A stretch of DNA of 16,516 nt from Nanobdellota archaeon (GTDB lineage Archaea; Nanobdellota; Nanobdellia; Nanobdellales; Nanobdellaceae): NCBI GenBank assembly GCA_020697515.1, contig JAIXNB010000023.1, positions 1 to 16,516 on the forward strand. The letters run 5' to 3'. The notes under the pieces were generated by a model that worked only from the letters and a program-made list of their open reading frames with translations, was not told where the DNA came from and did not search any database. Within the stretch, counting starts at the first letter, position 1. Every line of letters begins with the position of its first letter. This document shows, piece after piece, positions 1 through 6,428 of this stretch. The position numbers were made by a program, and so were the translations under genes.

Positions 1-49
1 AAGTCTAAAACTTATATCTTCAGAAACTTTTATGATTATAGAGATATAG

Positions 50-162
50 CTCGACGGATAATGAGTCCGTCGGTGGGGGAGTGAATCCCAGAACCTCTGT
101 ATGAAATCGTAACTGTAAAGGGTGGTTGAACGGAGGAAGCTCTGTCCTTGGGGTGGAGAGGC
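50..162. ncRNA. Candidate structured non-coding RNA or GC-rich spacer element; identity and strand unknown
   Basis: Hand count gives about 53% G+C over 51-160 against an AT-rich background, strongly G-skewed on the + strand. A perfect 7-bp hairpin is present: CGACGGA (52-58), loop TAATGAG, TCCGTCG (66-72). A further possible pairing joins CCTCTG (94-99) with CGGAGG (131-136). The element lies just beyond the pyrH stop codon (163-165). No tRNA, 5S, C/D-box or RNase P signature could be fitted by eye. Confidence 0.25.
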
Positions 163-834
163 TCACATACCATAAGAATCTGACACTACAGTACCAATGA
201 AGTCTTTTCCATCTAATAGATTTCTAAAGTTATCTAAATTTCTACCATTGATGTGGATAAATGTCATTTTTCTTTCTTTTGCGAATAGTAGCGCCTTTTT
301 ATCTATAGGAAAATGTAAACCAGGTTTCCACTCTGGAACTATTCTTAATAACTGATTATAGGATACTTTTTCTATGATTCGCCCATCAATTAGTATTCCA
401 TCAACGTTTGATAAGTTTATAACTACCCTTACTCCAGTTCTATATGCTAAATATACAGTATCGTAGTCTGTAGATGATCCAGGTAACCAACCTCCTCCAA
501 CAAGAATTTTATCAGTCTTAGGAATATTTCTATAATCGGTTATTATATTATCAAACGCTATATCTCTAAGAAGCTGTCTTAGTATCTCTGCATTTAAATG
601 TGTAGCTCTGATCCCCACCCAATCTAACCCCCTTGCGTCTAAATATTTTTTTAACTGTTCCTGAAAAGATCTTGCTATATAACCACCTCCAACAACTATA
701 CCAAACCAGTATCCCTTAGCGTAGTATTCTTTAATTAGGTTAGTAAATGATTTTATATACTGAATATCTAAAGAGCCATTTTTATATAGCAGAGATCCCC
801 CAAGAGATAAAACAATTTTCTTCACTTTATCCAT
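163..834 (-). CDS. pyrH: Uridylate (UMP) kinase, archaeal type (amino-acid kinase fold)
   Basis: The 223-aa length matches archaeal PyrH. Motifs seen: N-terminal LSLGGS, VVGGGYIAR, GGGWLPGSSTDYD and NVDG. ATG start at 834. Confidence 0.7.
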   Translation of the reverse strand: MDKVKKIVLSLGGSLLYKNGSLDIQYIKSFTNLIKEYYAKGYWFGIVVGGGYIARSFQEQLKKYLDARGLDWVGIRATHLNAEILRQLLRDIAFDNIITDYRNIPKTDKILVGGGWLPGSSTDYDTVYLAYRTGVRVVINLSNVDGILIDGRIIEKVSYNQLLRIVPEWKPGLHFPIDKKALLFAKERKMTFIHINGRNLDNFRNLLDGKDFIGTVVSDSYGM

Positions 835-855
835 ATTTAATACAAGGTATTTCTT

Positions 856-866
856 AATTTATATTT
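856..866 (-). promoter_or_regulatory. TATA-like box for pyrH
   Basis: Minus-strand AAATATAAATT is centred about 27 nt upstream of the ATG at 834. This is the spacing expected for a leaderless archaeal transcript. Confidence 0.35.
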
Positions 867-1024
867 CAATATTTTTATTATACCTCTGGGATCTCACTAT
901 TGAACACTGCTATATCTCCTAATCTGGCGTCTTAAAAATATCTTCATTATTAAATATTTTTATTATTGTTGTAGTAAGAGTAGACTTTGCATGTTTACTC
1001 ATCTATCTCTGCCCCGCCGATTTA

Positions 1025-1228
1025 TTAACCCCCAGATACAACATCAAGAATTTTTATATAATCACCTTCTTCTATCTCTTCATCCTCCGTAACTATTTCT
1101 CCATTCTTTATAACAACATGCCTAGACCAATCCAATCCCAAATAATTTAGTAAGTCTCGTACAGTCTTTCCATTAAATTCTATCTCCTTCTCTTTCCCTT
1201 CTCGTTCGTAAAAGATTTTAATTCTCAT
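1025..1228 (-). CDS. ThiS/MoaD-family ubiquitin-like small protein (SAMP-like) with C-terminal Gly-Gly
   Basis: 67 aa, ending ...GDYIKILDVVSGG immediately before the stop. It follows the beta-grasp sequence pattern typical of ThiS/MoaD/SAMP proteins (V.KNGE.V......EEGD.I.I...VSGG). Confidence 0.7.
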   Translation of the reverse strand: MRIKIFYEREGKEKEIEFNGKTVRDLLNYLGLDWSRHVVIKNGEIVTEDEEIEEGDYIKILDVVSGG

Positions 1229-1250
1229 AAAAATATTTACGTATTCCTAA

Positions 1251-1259
1251 GATAAAAGT
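1251..1259 (-). promoter_or_regulatory. Weak TATA-like box for the ThiS/MoaD-like gene
   Basis: Minus-strand CTTTTATC is centred about 27 nt upstream of the ATG at 1228. Confidence 0.25.
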
Positions 1260-1265
1260 TTTTAA

Positions 1266-1278
1266 TTTAAATTTTAAG
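1266..1278 (+). promoter_or_regulatory. TATA-like box for tRNA-Thr
   Basis: TTTAAATTTTAAG is centred about 27 nt upstream of tRNA position +1 (G1299). That spacing predicts transcription starting at or next to the mature 5' end. Confidence 0.4.
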
Positions 1279-1298
1279 AAAAATAGTATATATCTCTT

Positions 1299-1370
1299 GC
1301 CGCCGTAGCTCAGCGGTAGAGCGGCCGGCTTGTAACCGGCAGGTCGCGGGTTCAAATCCCGCCGGCGGCT
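1299..1370 (+). tRNA. tRNA-Thr, anticodon UGU; no intron and no encoded CCA
   Basis: Manual cloverleaf: acceptor GCCGCCG/CGGCGGC; D stem GCTC/GAGC; anticodon stem GCCGG/CCGGC with loop CTTGTAA (anticodon TGT); variable loop AGGTC; T arm GCGGG-TTCAAAT-CCCGC; discriminator T. All stem pairs are Watson-Crick and nearly all are G:C. Confidence 0.93.
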
Positions 1371-1388
1371 TTACTTGTCTATTATTAA

Positions 1389-3656
1389 TTAGCGACCTTT
1401 TCTACTAAACTCGAACACCTTTCCTTGAATCTTTTCTTTGAACAATTCATCATGAGTACAAAGTATAATTTGATATTCTTTTAAATTATCTAAAAGCTCT
1501 GCTAAGGAGTATCTGACATTTTCATCTAAAGATTCCGTAGGTTCATCTAACAACAAAACTTTGAAATTAGGTTTTAATATATAAGCGAGCGCGAGTCTAA
1601 ACGCCAAATCCATAATCTTCACCTGCCCACCACTGAGGTTAGCCTCTCTTATATCCCTCCAGATCTCCTTATTATCTATATTTTTCTTTACATAAAAGTG
1701 GAATTTCCACTCTTGTCTCTCATATTTTAACTCTAATTTAACTTCCTTGATATCATGATATATGTACAACTTTTTGAAATAATAGTTAAAGGCTGCTGAA
1801 AGCCTCTTAGCAACAGTTTTTCTATAAGACATAATAAATCTCTCTAAAACAGTCTTTAAGGAGTTCAACGTTGATATATTCGTTTTTATATTTTGCTGTT
1901 TTCTTTTTAGCTCATCTATTTCTGACAAATGCATTTTATATAATTCTAATTCTCTCAAACTGATCGCAACATAACTCTTCAATCTATTATCCAGCTCACT
2001 TATGTATTTCTTTAACTCCTCTAAGTTCGTAAAGTTGTTTGTATATAATAACTCATTAATTTTTTTTAGATTATTCTCCATTAGTTCAATTTTTTCTAAA
2101 GTCCTATGTAGATCAAGTCTTTCCCTCTTTAAATTATCCAACAGTAACTCTAACTCTCTTAAGCTATTAGATAAATCTCTGCTCTTAAGGTAGTTTATAG
2201 TACTTTTTAGAAGTTCATATCTTTCAATAGATTTAAGCTTCTCTTTTAGCTCCATTAAGTTCTTTATTATCTTCTCTTTTTCATTATCTAAATTATCTAT
2301 TGATAATCCTTTATCTTCTAGTATCCTTTTTAAAGCATTAAGTTTATTATATTTAAATCTCAAGGTAGCATATTTTTTGTTTAATTCTTGTAAATTAAAG
2401 TAAATTTCTCTTTTCTTTTTCAATAGTTGCTCTAATTCTCTTTCTTTTTCTACTCTGATTTTATTTTGTTCCTCATCATTTAATAATTTGCCACAAATTG
2501 GACACTTGGAGAATCTTTTGTCCCTAATAACTTTTAGAATATTATTAAGTTCTTGTATCTTACTCTCTAAAAATGTGTATTCAGCCCTTAAACTGGATAT
2601 CTTTTCTTCAGTGTTTAAATATTCTTCTTCTATAGATCTTAGCGAAATATACTGATTTATATATGATTGTAATATCTCTAATTCTTCTATTTCCTTCTGA
2701 ACAGAATACTTATCAATATTTCTAATTTGCTGCTCTATCTCTTCAAGCATAGATTCCAAATCACGAATATCTATGTCTAACAAGCTTCTATCAATATCTG
2801 AATATTCTAAAGATTTTAACTCTGTCTTTATTTTAGAAACTTTTTCTTCTATCTCTAAGATCTCCTTATCAATTTGTTGTAGCTTTGAAATAATGTTTTG
2901 TTTTTTTGATATTAAGTTGTAGTCAATAGTCTGCAAAAGGGAGGAAATCTTTGTATATAATGATTGTAATCTCAAATATTCTTTCTGTATGGATTCATAT
3001 TCTCTAGCTAGCTTTTCTAATTCTTCTATACTTTTGTCTCCATATACTTTCCTGAATTTCTGTATATCTCTTTCTTTCTGGTATATTTGAGTTGAGATTC
3101 TTTCTTTTTCAATTAATAAATCTCTTAACACTCTTTTAACTACCTCTAACATCACTGAGTAATAGTCTAAGTCGAAAAGCTTCTCTGTTAATTCTGTAAG
3201 CTCCTTCTTTCCAGAAAGTTTCACGTATTTACCAAGTTCTCCTTGGGGAATATAAAGTACGTCCAAAATTTTATTTTCCCTATTAATATTAAGAATTTCG
3301 AATATTTTCTTTTTAACAAGCAGCGGGGTTGTTGCCACAATATCATCATTAACTTTTAAAATAGAATAAGTAGATCCCTCTTTTCTTATTGTTCTCTCGA
3401 TAGTTATAATATTTTCTTCACTTTTTAACTTTAAAACAACTTTAGCTTCTGATGATAAGTCCCTTATTAAACTGGAAACTTTACTAACATTTAAATATTC
3501 TTTGGATTCTGATCCGAATAAGCCAAACAATATTGCATGGAATATAGAACTTTTTCCAGTACCGTTTTCGCCTATTATTAAGTTTTTTTCTGAAAATTCA
3601 ATGTTTTTGTCTTTATGAATCTTAAAATTCTTTAAATGTAAAGAAATAACCTTCAT
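1389..3656 (-). CDS. rad50: Rad50 DNA double-strand break repair ATPase (compact, 755 aa)
   Basis: Motifs seen: Walker A GENGTGKSS; Q-loop YIPQGE; long heptad-rich central coiled coil; zinc hook CPIC at 2493-2504 (aa 385-388, mid-protein); signature LSGGQ; Walker B VLLLDEPTESLD; H-loop LCTHD. The start overlaps the mre11 stop in an ATGA. Confidence 0.92.
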   Translation of the reverse strand: MKVISLHLKNFKIHKDKNIEFSEKNLIIGENGTGKSSIFHAILFGLFGSESKEYLNVSKVSSLIRDLSSEAKVVLKLKSEENIITIERTIRKEGSTYSILKVNDDIVATTPLLVKKKIFEILNINRENKILDVLYIPQGELGKYVKLSGKKELTELTEKLFDLDYYSVMLEVVKRVLRDLLIEKERISTQIYQKERDIQKFRKVYGDKSIEELEKLAREYESIQKEYLRLQSLYTKISSLLQTIDYNLISKKQNIISKLQQIDKEILEIEEKVSKIKTELKSLEYSDIDRSLLDIDIRDLESMLEEIEQQIRNIDKYSVQKEIEELEILQSYINQYISLRSIEEEYLNTEEKISSLRAEYTFLESKIQELNNILKVIRDKRFSKCPICGKLLNDEEQNKIRVEKERELEQLLKKKREIYFNLQELNKKYATLRFKYNKLNALKRILEDKGLSIDNLDNEKEKIIKNLMELKEKLKSIERYELLKSTINYLKSRDLSNSLRELELLLDNLKRERLDLHRTLEKIELMENNLKKINELLYTNNFTNLEELKKYISELDNRLKSYVAISLRELELYKMHLSEIDELKRKQQNIKTNISTLNSLKTVLERFIMSYRKTVAKRLSAAFNYYFKKLYIYHDIKEVKLELKYERQEWKFHFYVKKNIDNKEIWRDIREANLSGGQVKIMDLAFRLALAYILKPNFKVLLLDEPTESLDENVRYSLAELLDNLKEYQIILCTHDELFKEKIQGKVFEFSRKGR

Positions 3657-4786
3657 TTTATTAATTTTCTTCTTAATATATCTCTAATTTTTTCTATATC
3701 GTTTTGTTTTCCAGAATATACGTCTTCCATTATTTCCCTTATCTTATGAAACATCTTAATTACTTCTTCCTTGTTAGGGAATAGTAGTCTATCCATTATA
3801 TCTTCTAAAACAGATTTTTCCAGCTCTGTATCCAAATCCAACGTATCTTCGTCCTCTGGATACAAATCTTCTATTATCATGTATCCCATTTCCAATAATT
3901 TCTCTATTTTTAATTTTATATGCTCATAAAGCTCTCTTTTATATCTTATTTTTAATTTTATTATGCTTCCTCTACTTTTGGAAGTTATATATTTTATTAT
4001 ATCTTGAACATCTTTCTCATCTTTAATTACTCTTTCAATAATAGCAATATTTCTTGTTTTAATTGGTTTAAATTCTACTTCTCCGTCATTGATAATATAG
4101 AATCCTTTTTTGGATTTTTCTTCTCTTCTAGATATTTCTGTTCTTTCAGTAGAACCTGGAAGAGCAAATATCTTATTATTTTCCTTATACAAATTATTAA
4201 AATGGAAGTGTCCAAATGCGTAATAATCAATGTTCTTTGGCAAAACTGATACTGGAACAACTCTAGGATCAAATGAGTCTCTTACTAGGATATCTGGCGC
4301 TCCATGGAATATAAATATAGCATACCCATCTTTTTCGATTTTTATCTTCGGCAAAATATTTTTATAAAGAGATCTCAACTCTTCTCCCCCAACATTTGCA
4401 GGCTCCGATATTCCGTATATATATACCCCATTCGCCTCCACCGCTTCTCTAGATGATGCTACTCTTACCAAATCTAGTTTTGACAGAATATTTATCATTT
4501 TTTGTCTGTGTCCTTTTACATCATGATTTCCCTTAATTAGAATTATAGGAATATTCCTTTCCTTTAATTTAATCAAACTGTCTATAATATCTTCAAGAAT
4601 TCCAGAAGATATCCTAAAATAGTCGTCAAAAAAGTCTCCAGAGTGTATTATAAAATCTACTCTTTCTTTTATTGCAAAGTTTACAATTTGTTTAAAAGCA
4701 TTAACAAAATCTTCTTTTCTAATATCCCTAAACTCTATTGGGATTTCACACCCTAAATGAGTATCTGACACGTGTATGAACCTCAT
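3653..4786 (-). CDS. mre11: Mre11 nuclease (calcineurin-like metallophosphoesterase)
   Basis: Phosphoesterase motifs appear in order: HVSDTHLG, SGDFFD, GNHD, FHG, GHFH. The C-terminal helical region is consistent with a Rad50-binding domain. ATGA overlaps occur at both ends (4783-4786 and 3653-3656). Confidence 0.9.
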   Translation of the reverse strand: MRFIHVSDTHLGCEIPIEFRDIRKEDFVNAFKQIVNFAIKERVDFIIHSGDFFDDYFRISSGILEDIIDSLIKLKERNIPIILIKGNHDVKGHRQKMINILSKLDLVRVASSREAVEANGVYIYGISEPANVGGEELRSLYKNILPKIKIEKDGYAIFIFHGAPDILVRDSFDPRVVPVSVLPKNIDYYAFGHFHFNNLYKENNKIFALPGSTERTEISRREEKSKKGFYIINDGEVEFKPIKTRNIAIIERVIKDEKDVQDIIKYITSKSRGSIIKLKIRYKRELYEHIKLKIEKLLEMGYMIIEDLYPEDEDTLDLDTELEKSVLEDIMDRLLFPNKEEVIKMFHKIREIMEDVYSGKQNDIEKIRDILRRKLIK

Positions 4787-5241
4787 TTTTTCTGTGATAA
4801 CTTGTCAATTACTCCTTTAAGCTCATTTAGTACTTTTTCTTCAGTTTTATGAGGCATATTAAAACTTATTTTTATATGGAATACATCTCTAGCATACACA
4901 GGTTTAGCAATATTCTTATTCACTAGAAGATCTTTGTCTAATCTTATATACATACTATAATTTTCATCGTAGTTAATATTTTTGTATAATTCATTTAAAC
5001 TAGATAGTTTTTCTATTAGATTCTTTAAGAAAGTTATTATGTGTCTCTTACTTTTTAAATTTAGTTCGTAAACTGTGAGGAAGGTACTAACCAAGCCAGT
5101 TCCTTTTGTTTCTTTAATTTCAATTTTCTCAAGATCTTCTTTTGGTAGTCCTTCAAGAAATTCTAATAGTTTTTTCTTTAACTCTTCTGGATCATCCCAA
5201 TCATAGGCTATTACTCTAATTTTAATATGAGATATTCGCAT
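4783..5241 (-). CDS. Hypothetical 152-aa protein, first gene of the mre11-rad50 operon; tentative UPF0201/COG1931-like RNA-binding fold
   Basis: Its stop overlaps the mre11 start (ATGA). N-terminal IKIRVIAYDWDDPEELKKKLLEF and internal YIRLDKD resemble, from memory only, the (V.V.A.V.PTED.EKV.KA...F ... R.DKQ) pattern of UPF0201/COG1931 proteins. This was not verified by search. Confidence 0.3.
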   Translation of the reverse strand: MRISHIKIRVIAYDWDDPEELKKKLLEFLEGLPKEDLEKIEIKETKGTGLVSTFLTVYELNLKSKRHIITFLKNLIEKLSSLNELYKNINYDENYSMYIRLDKDLLVNKNIAKPVYARDVFHIKISFNMPHKTEEKVLNELKGVIDKLSQKK

Positions 5242-5243
5242 AA

Positions 5244-5252
5244 TTTATATAA
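5244..5252 (+). promoter_or_regulatory. TATA-like box for the 5277 pilin-like gene
   Basis: TTTATATAA is centred about 29 nt upstream of the ATG at 5277. Confidence 0.4.
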
Positions 5253-5262
5253 GAGAAAAAAG

Positions 5263-5271
5263 CTAAAATAG
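5263..5271 (-). promoter_or_regulatory. TATA-like box for the 152aa-mre11-rad50 operon
   Basis: Minus-strand CTATTTTAG is centred about 26 nt upstream of the ATG at 5241. It shares a 35-nt divergent spacer with the + strand box. Confidence 0.35.
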
Positions 5272-5276
5272 TATCT

Positions 5277-5705
5277 ATGGGAAGAGGTCAAGGTCTTCCA
5301 TTGAATACTATTGTATTAGCAGCACTAGCAGTGCTAGTTTTACTGTTAGTTGTCGGTTTTACTACAGGGAGTTTAAGTAAACTGTTTAAAGGCCTTGGTT
5401 CTCAAACTTCTGGAATAGATTTAGAAACGGCGCGAACTACGTGTAACCGATATTGTACAGAGTTAAAAAACATGGAGGCTGCGGGAACCTTAACTACAGA
5501 TATAGTTAGAAATAGTAGGTATGTTACTTCTGTATTTCCTATTGATTTAAACAATGATGGAAAATTGAGTCAGGAAGAGAAAAACCTCCATTGTTGGCAA
5601 AAACCAATTAATGTTCCGTGTTCTGTGACGATTAGAAGTGCAACCGGACAAGTGATAGTATGCCAACCTTATAATGATAGAGTGTTTGAGTGTAGGCAAG
5701 GATAA
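5277..5705 (+). CDS. Cys-rich secreted or pilin-like protein with a class III (type IV prepilin-like) signal peptide
   Basis: N-terminus MGRGQG-LPLNTIVLAALAVLVLLLVVGF has a short charged n-region, Gly, then a hydrophobic helix of about 20 aa. The mature part has 6 Cys (CNRYC, HCW, PCS, VCQ, ECR) and is Lys-poor, unlike neighbouring proteins. Hand-counted G+C is about 38% over 5281-5700. Confidence 0.55.
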   Translation: MGRGQGLPLNTIVLAALAVLVLLLVVGFTTGSLSKLFKGLGSQTSGIDLETARTTCNRYCTELKNMEAAGTLTTDIVRNSRYVTSVFPIDLNNDGKLSQEEKNLHCWQKPINVPCSVTIRSATGQVIVCQPYNDRVFECRQG

Positions 5706-5719
5706 TCGCCGGTTTATAT

Positions 5720-6421
5720 ATGTCAACATATAATCTCTCTTATTTTTCCAATCTCCTGAGAATATCTAAAGGGGAACTAAAGTCTTTAATTGAAAAGAAG
5801 AAAAAACAATTTTATGATTTAATTGATGACAAAACAGCGTTGTTACTAGTTTTAAAGGATTTTGGTATTGCTATAAAAGATTTTACTAGATGGAAAATTG
5901 CGGATTTATTCTCGGGATTGAAAATCTCAGAAATTTCTGTAGTTGTTGGTAAAAAGATTGTTGAGAAAGAAAATATAGTTATATATGAAGTATATGATGA
6001 TACAGGAAAAGTTAAACTTATCTTAAAGGAAGATGCATTAAAAATAAAGAGCATATTGTTTCCTGGAAAAATTATAAGAATTAGAAATGCAATAGTTCTT
6101 CGAAATAGGACATTAGCTTTGTTTGTAAATAATGATAAGTTAATCAAGGAAGAGCAAGATAAAGACATCATATATAATTTATCTAAGGTTTCTGAAAAGA
6201 ATCTCCCGTATATAGCTGAATTCTATGGGAAGGTCTTAAAAATAACAGATGAGAAAACCTATATATTAACTGATAGTTTTACAACAATATGGGTACGCAT
6301 ACCTTTTAATTTTACTACTAATAAAACATACCACATGAAAGTTTTTTTAGGAAGAGATAATGAAGTATATTATTTATCAGAAATAGATCTAGAGAAGATT
6401 TTCCCACGGATAAGATTGTAA
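5720..6421 (+). CDS. RPA/SSB-like single-stranded DNA-binding protein (OB fold)
   Basis: The architecture parallels archaeal RPA N-terminal regions. A helical lead-in (ISKGELKSLIEKK...LIDDKTALLLVLKDFGI) is followed by an OB-fold pattern: KIADLFSGL..EISVVVGKKI....IYEVYDDTGKVKLILKED.....LFPGKIIRIRNAIV. Compare the Pyrococcus RPA41 pattern RISELYPGM..VNVVGRV...IIYDDSGRARVVLWD...VGDVIKVLDAQV. Confidence 0.6.
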   Translation: MSTYNLSYFSNLLRISKGELKSLIEKKKKQFYDLIDDKTALLLVLKDFGIAIKDFTRWKIADLFSGLKISEISVVVGKKIVEKENIVIYEVYDDTGKVKLILKEDALKIKSILFPGKIIRIRNAIVLRNRTLALFVNNDKLIKEEQDKDIIYNLSKVSEKNLPYIAEFYGKVLKITDEKTYILTDSFTTIWVRIPFNFTTNKTYHMKVFLGRDNEVYYLSEIDLEKIFPRIRL

Positions 6422-6428
6422 TTGCTCT

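Noticed and set aside
1-84. Possible 3' end of a plus-strand gene entering from the left. Frame 1 ends at TGA 82-84 (...RDIARRIMSPSVGE) and frame 2 ends at TAG 47-49 (...SSETFMIIEI).
   Set aside because: Only 15-27 codons are visible and two frames are equally open, so no call can be supported. Frame 2 looks compositionally more native and would end just before the GC-rich element, but this cannot be tested within the window.
101-125. TGAAATCGTAAC resembles the universal 16S rRNA 3' region TGAAGTCGTAACAAGGTA.
   Set aside because: The similarity ends after 12 nt. None of the following conserved 16S sequence is present (GGTAGCCGTA...GGATCACCTCC). It is most likely chance.
1-165. The pyrH reading frame stays open for 54 further codons after its TGA stop (163-165), all the way to the window edge. 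This could suggest stop-codon read-through, selenocysteine or a fused downstream gene.
   Set aside because: PyrH is already full length at 223 aa, ending like its orthologues. The extension has no ATG, GTG or TTG. It would be Pro/Ser/Arg-rich with codons atypical for this genome. The openness is largely explained by the GC-rich element, which contains few stop triplets.
47-165. The GC-rich element was tested as 5S rRNA, a tRNA or split-tRNA half, a C/D-box sRNA, an H/ACA sRNA, and an SRP or RNase P fragment.
   Set aside because: No terminal helix pairs the two ends as 5S would require. The hairpin loops (TAATGAG, or CTCATTA on the other strand) do not fit T-loop or anticodon-loop rules; U33 and A58 are violated, or position 37 is a pyrimidine. 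There is no CUGA D box. RNase P-like fragments occur in the wrong order. The class is therefore left unassigned.
919-1002. A 27-codon minus-strand ORF (MSKHAKSTLTTTIIKIFNNEDIFKTPD) in the 190-nt pyrH/ThiS-like spacer.
   Set aside because: It is too short, has no recognisable motif, and has no TATA-like box at the expected distance. It cannot be supported from sequence alone.
2002-6171. Short alternative-frame or antisense ORFs inside rad50, mre11, the pilin-like gene and the RPA-like gene (2002-2193, 4004-4249, 4075-4272, 5547-5729, 5812-6171).
   Set aside because: All are nested within confidently assigned genes, are low-complexity (Phe/Ser/Ile/Leu/Asn-rich), and lack motifs or expression signals.
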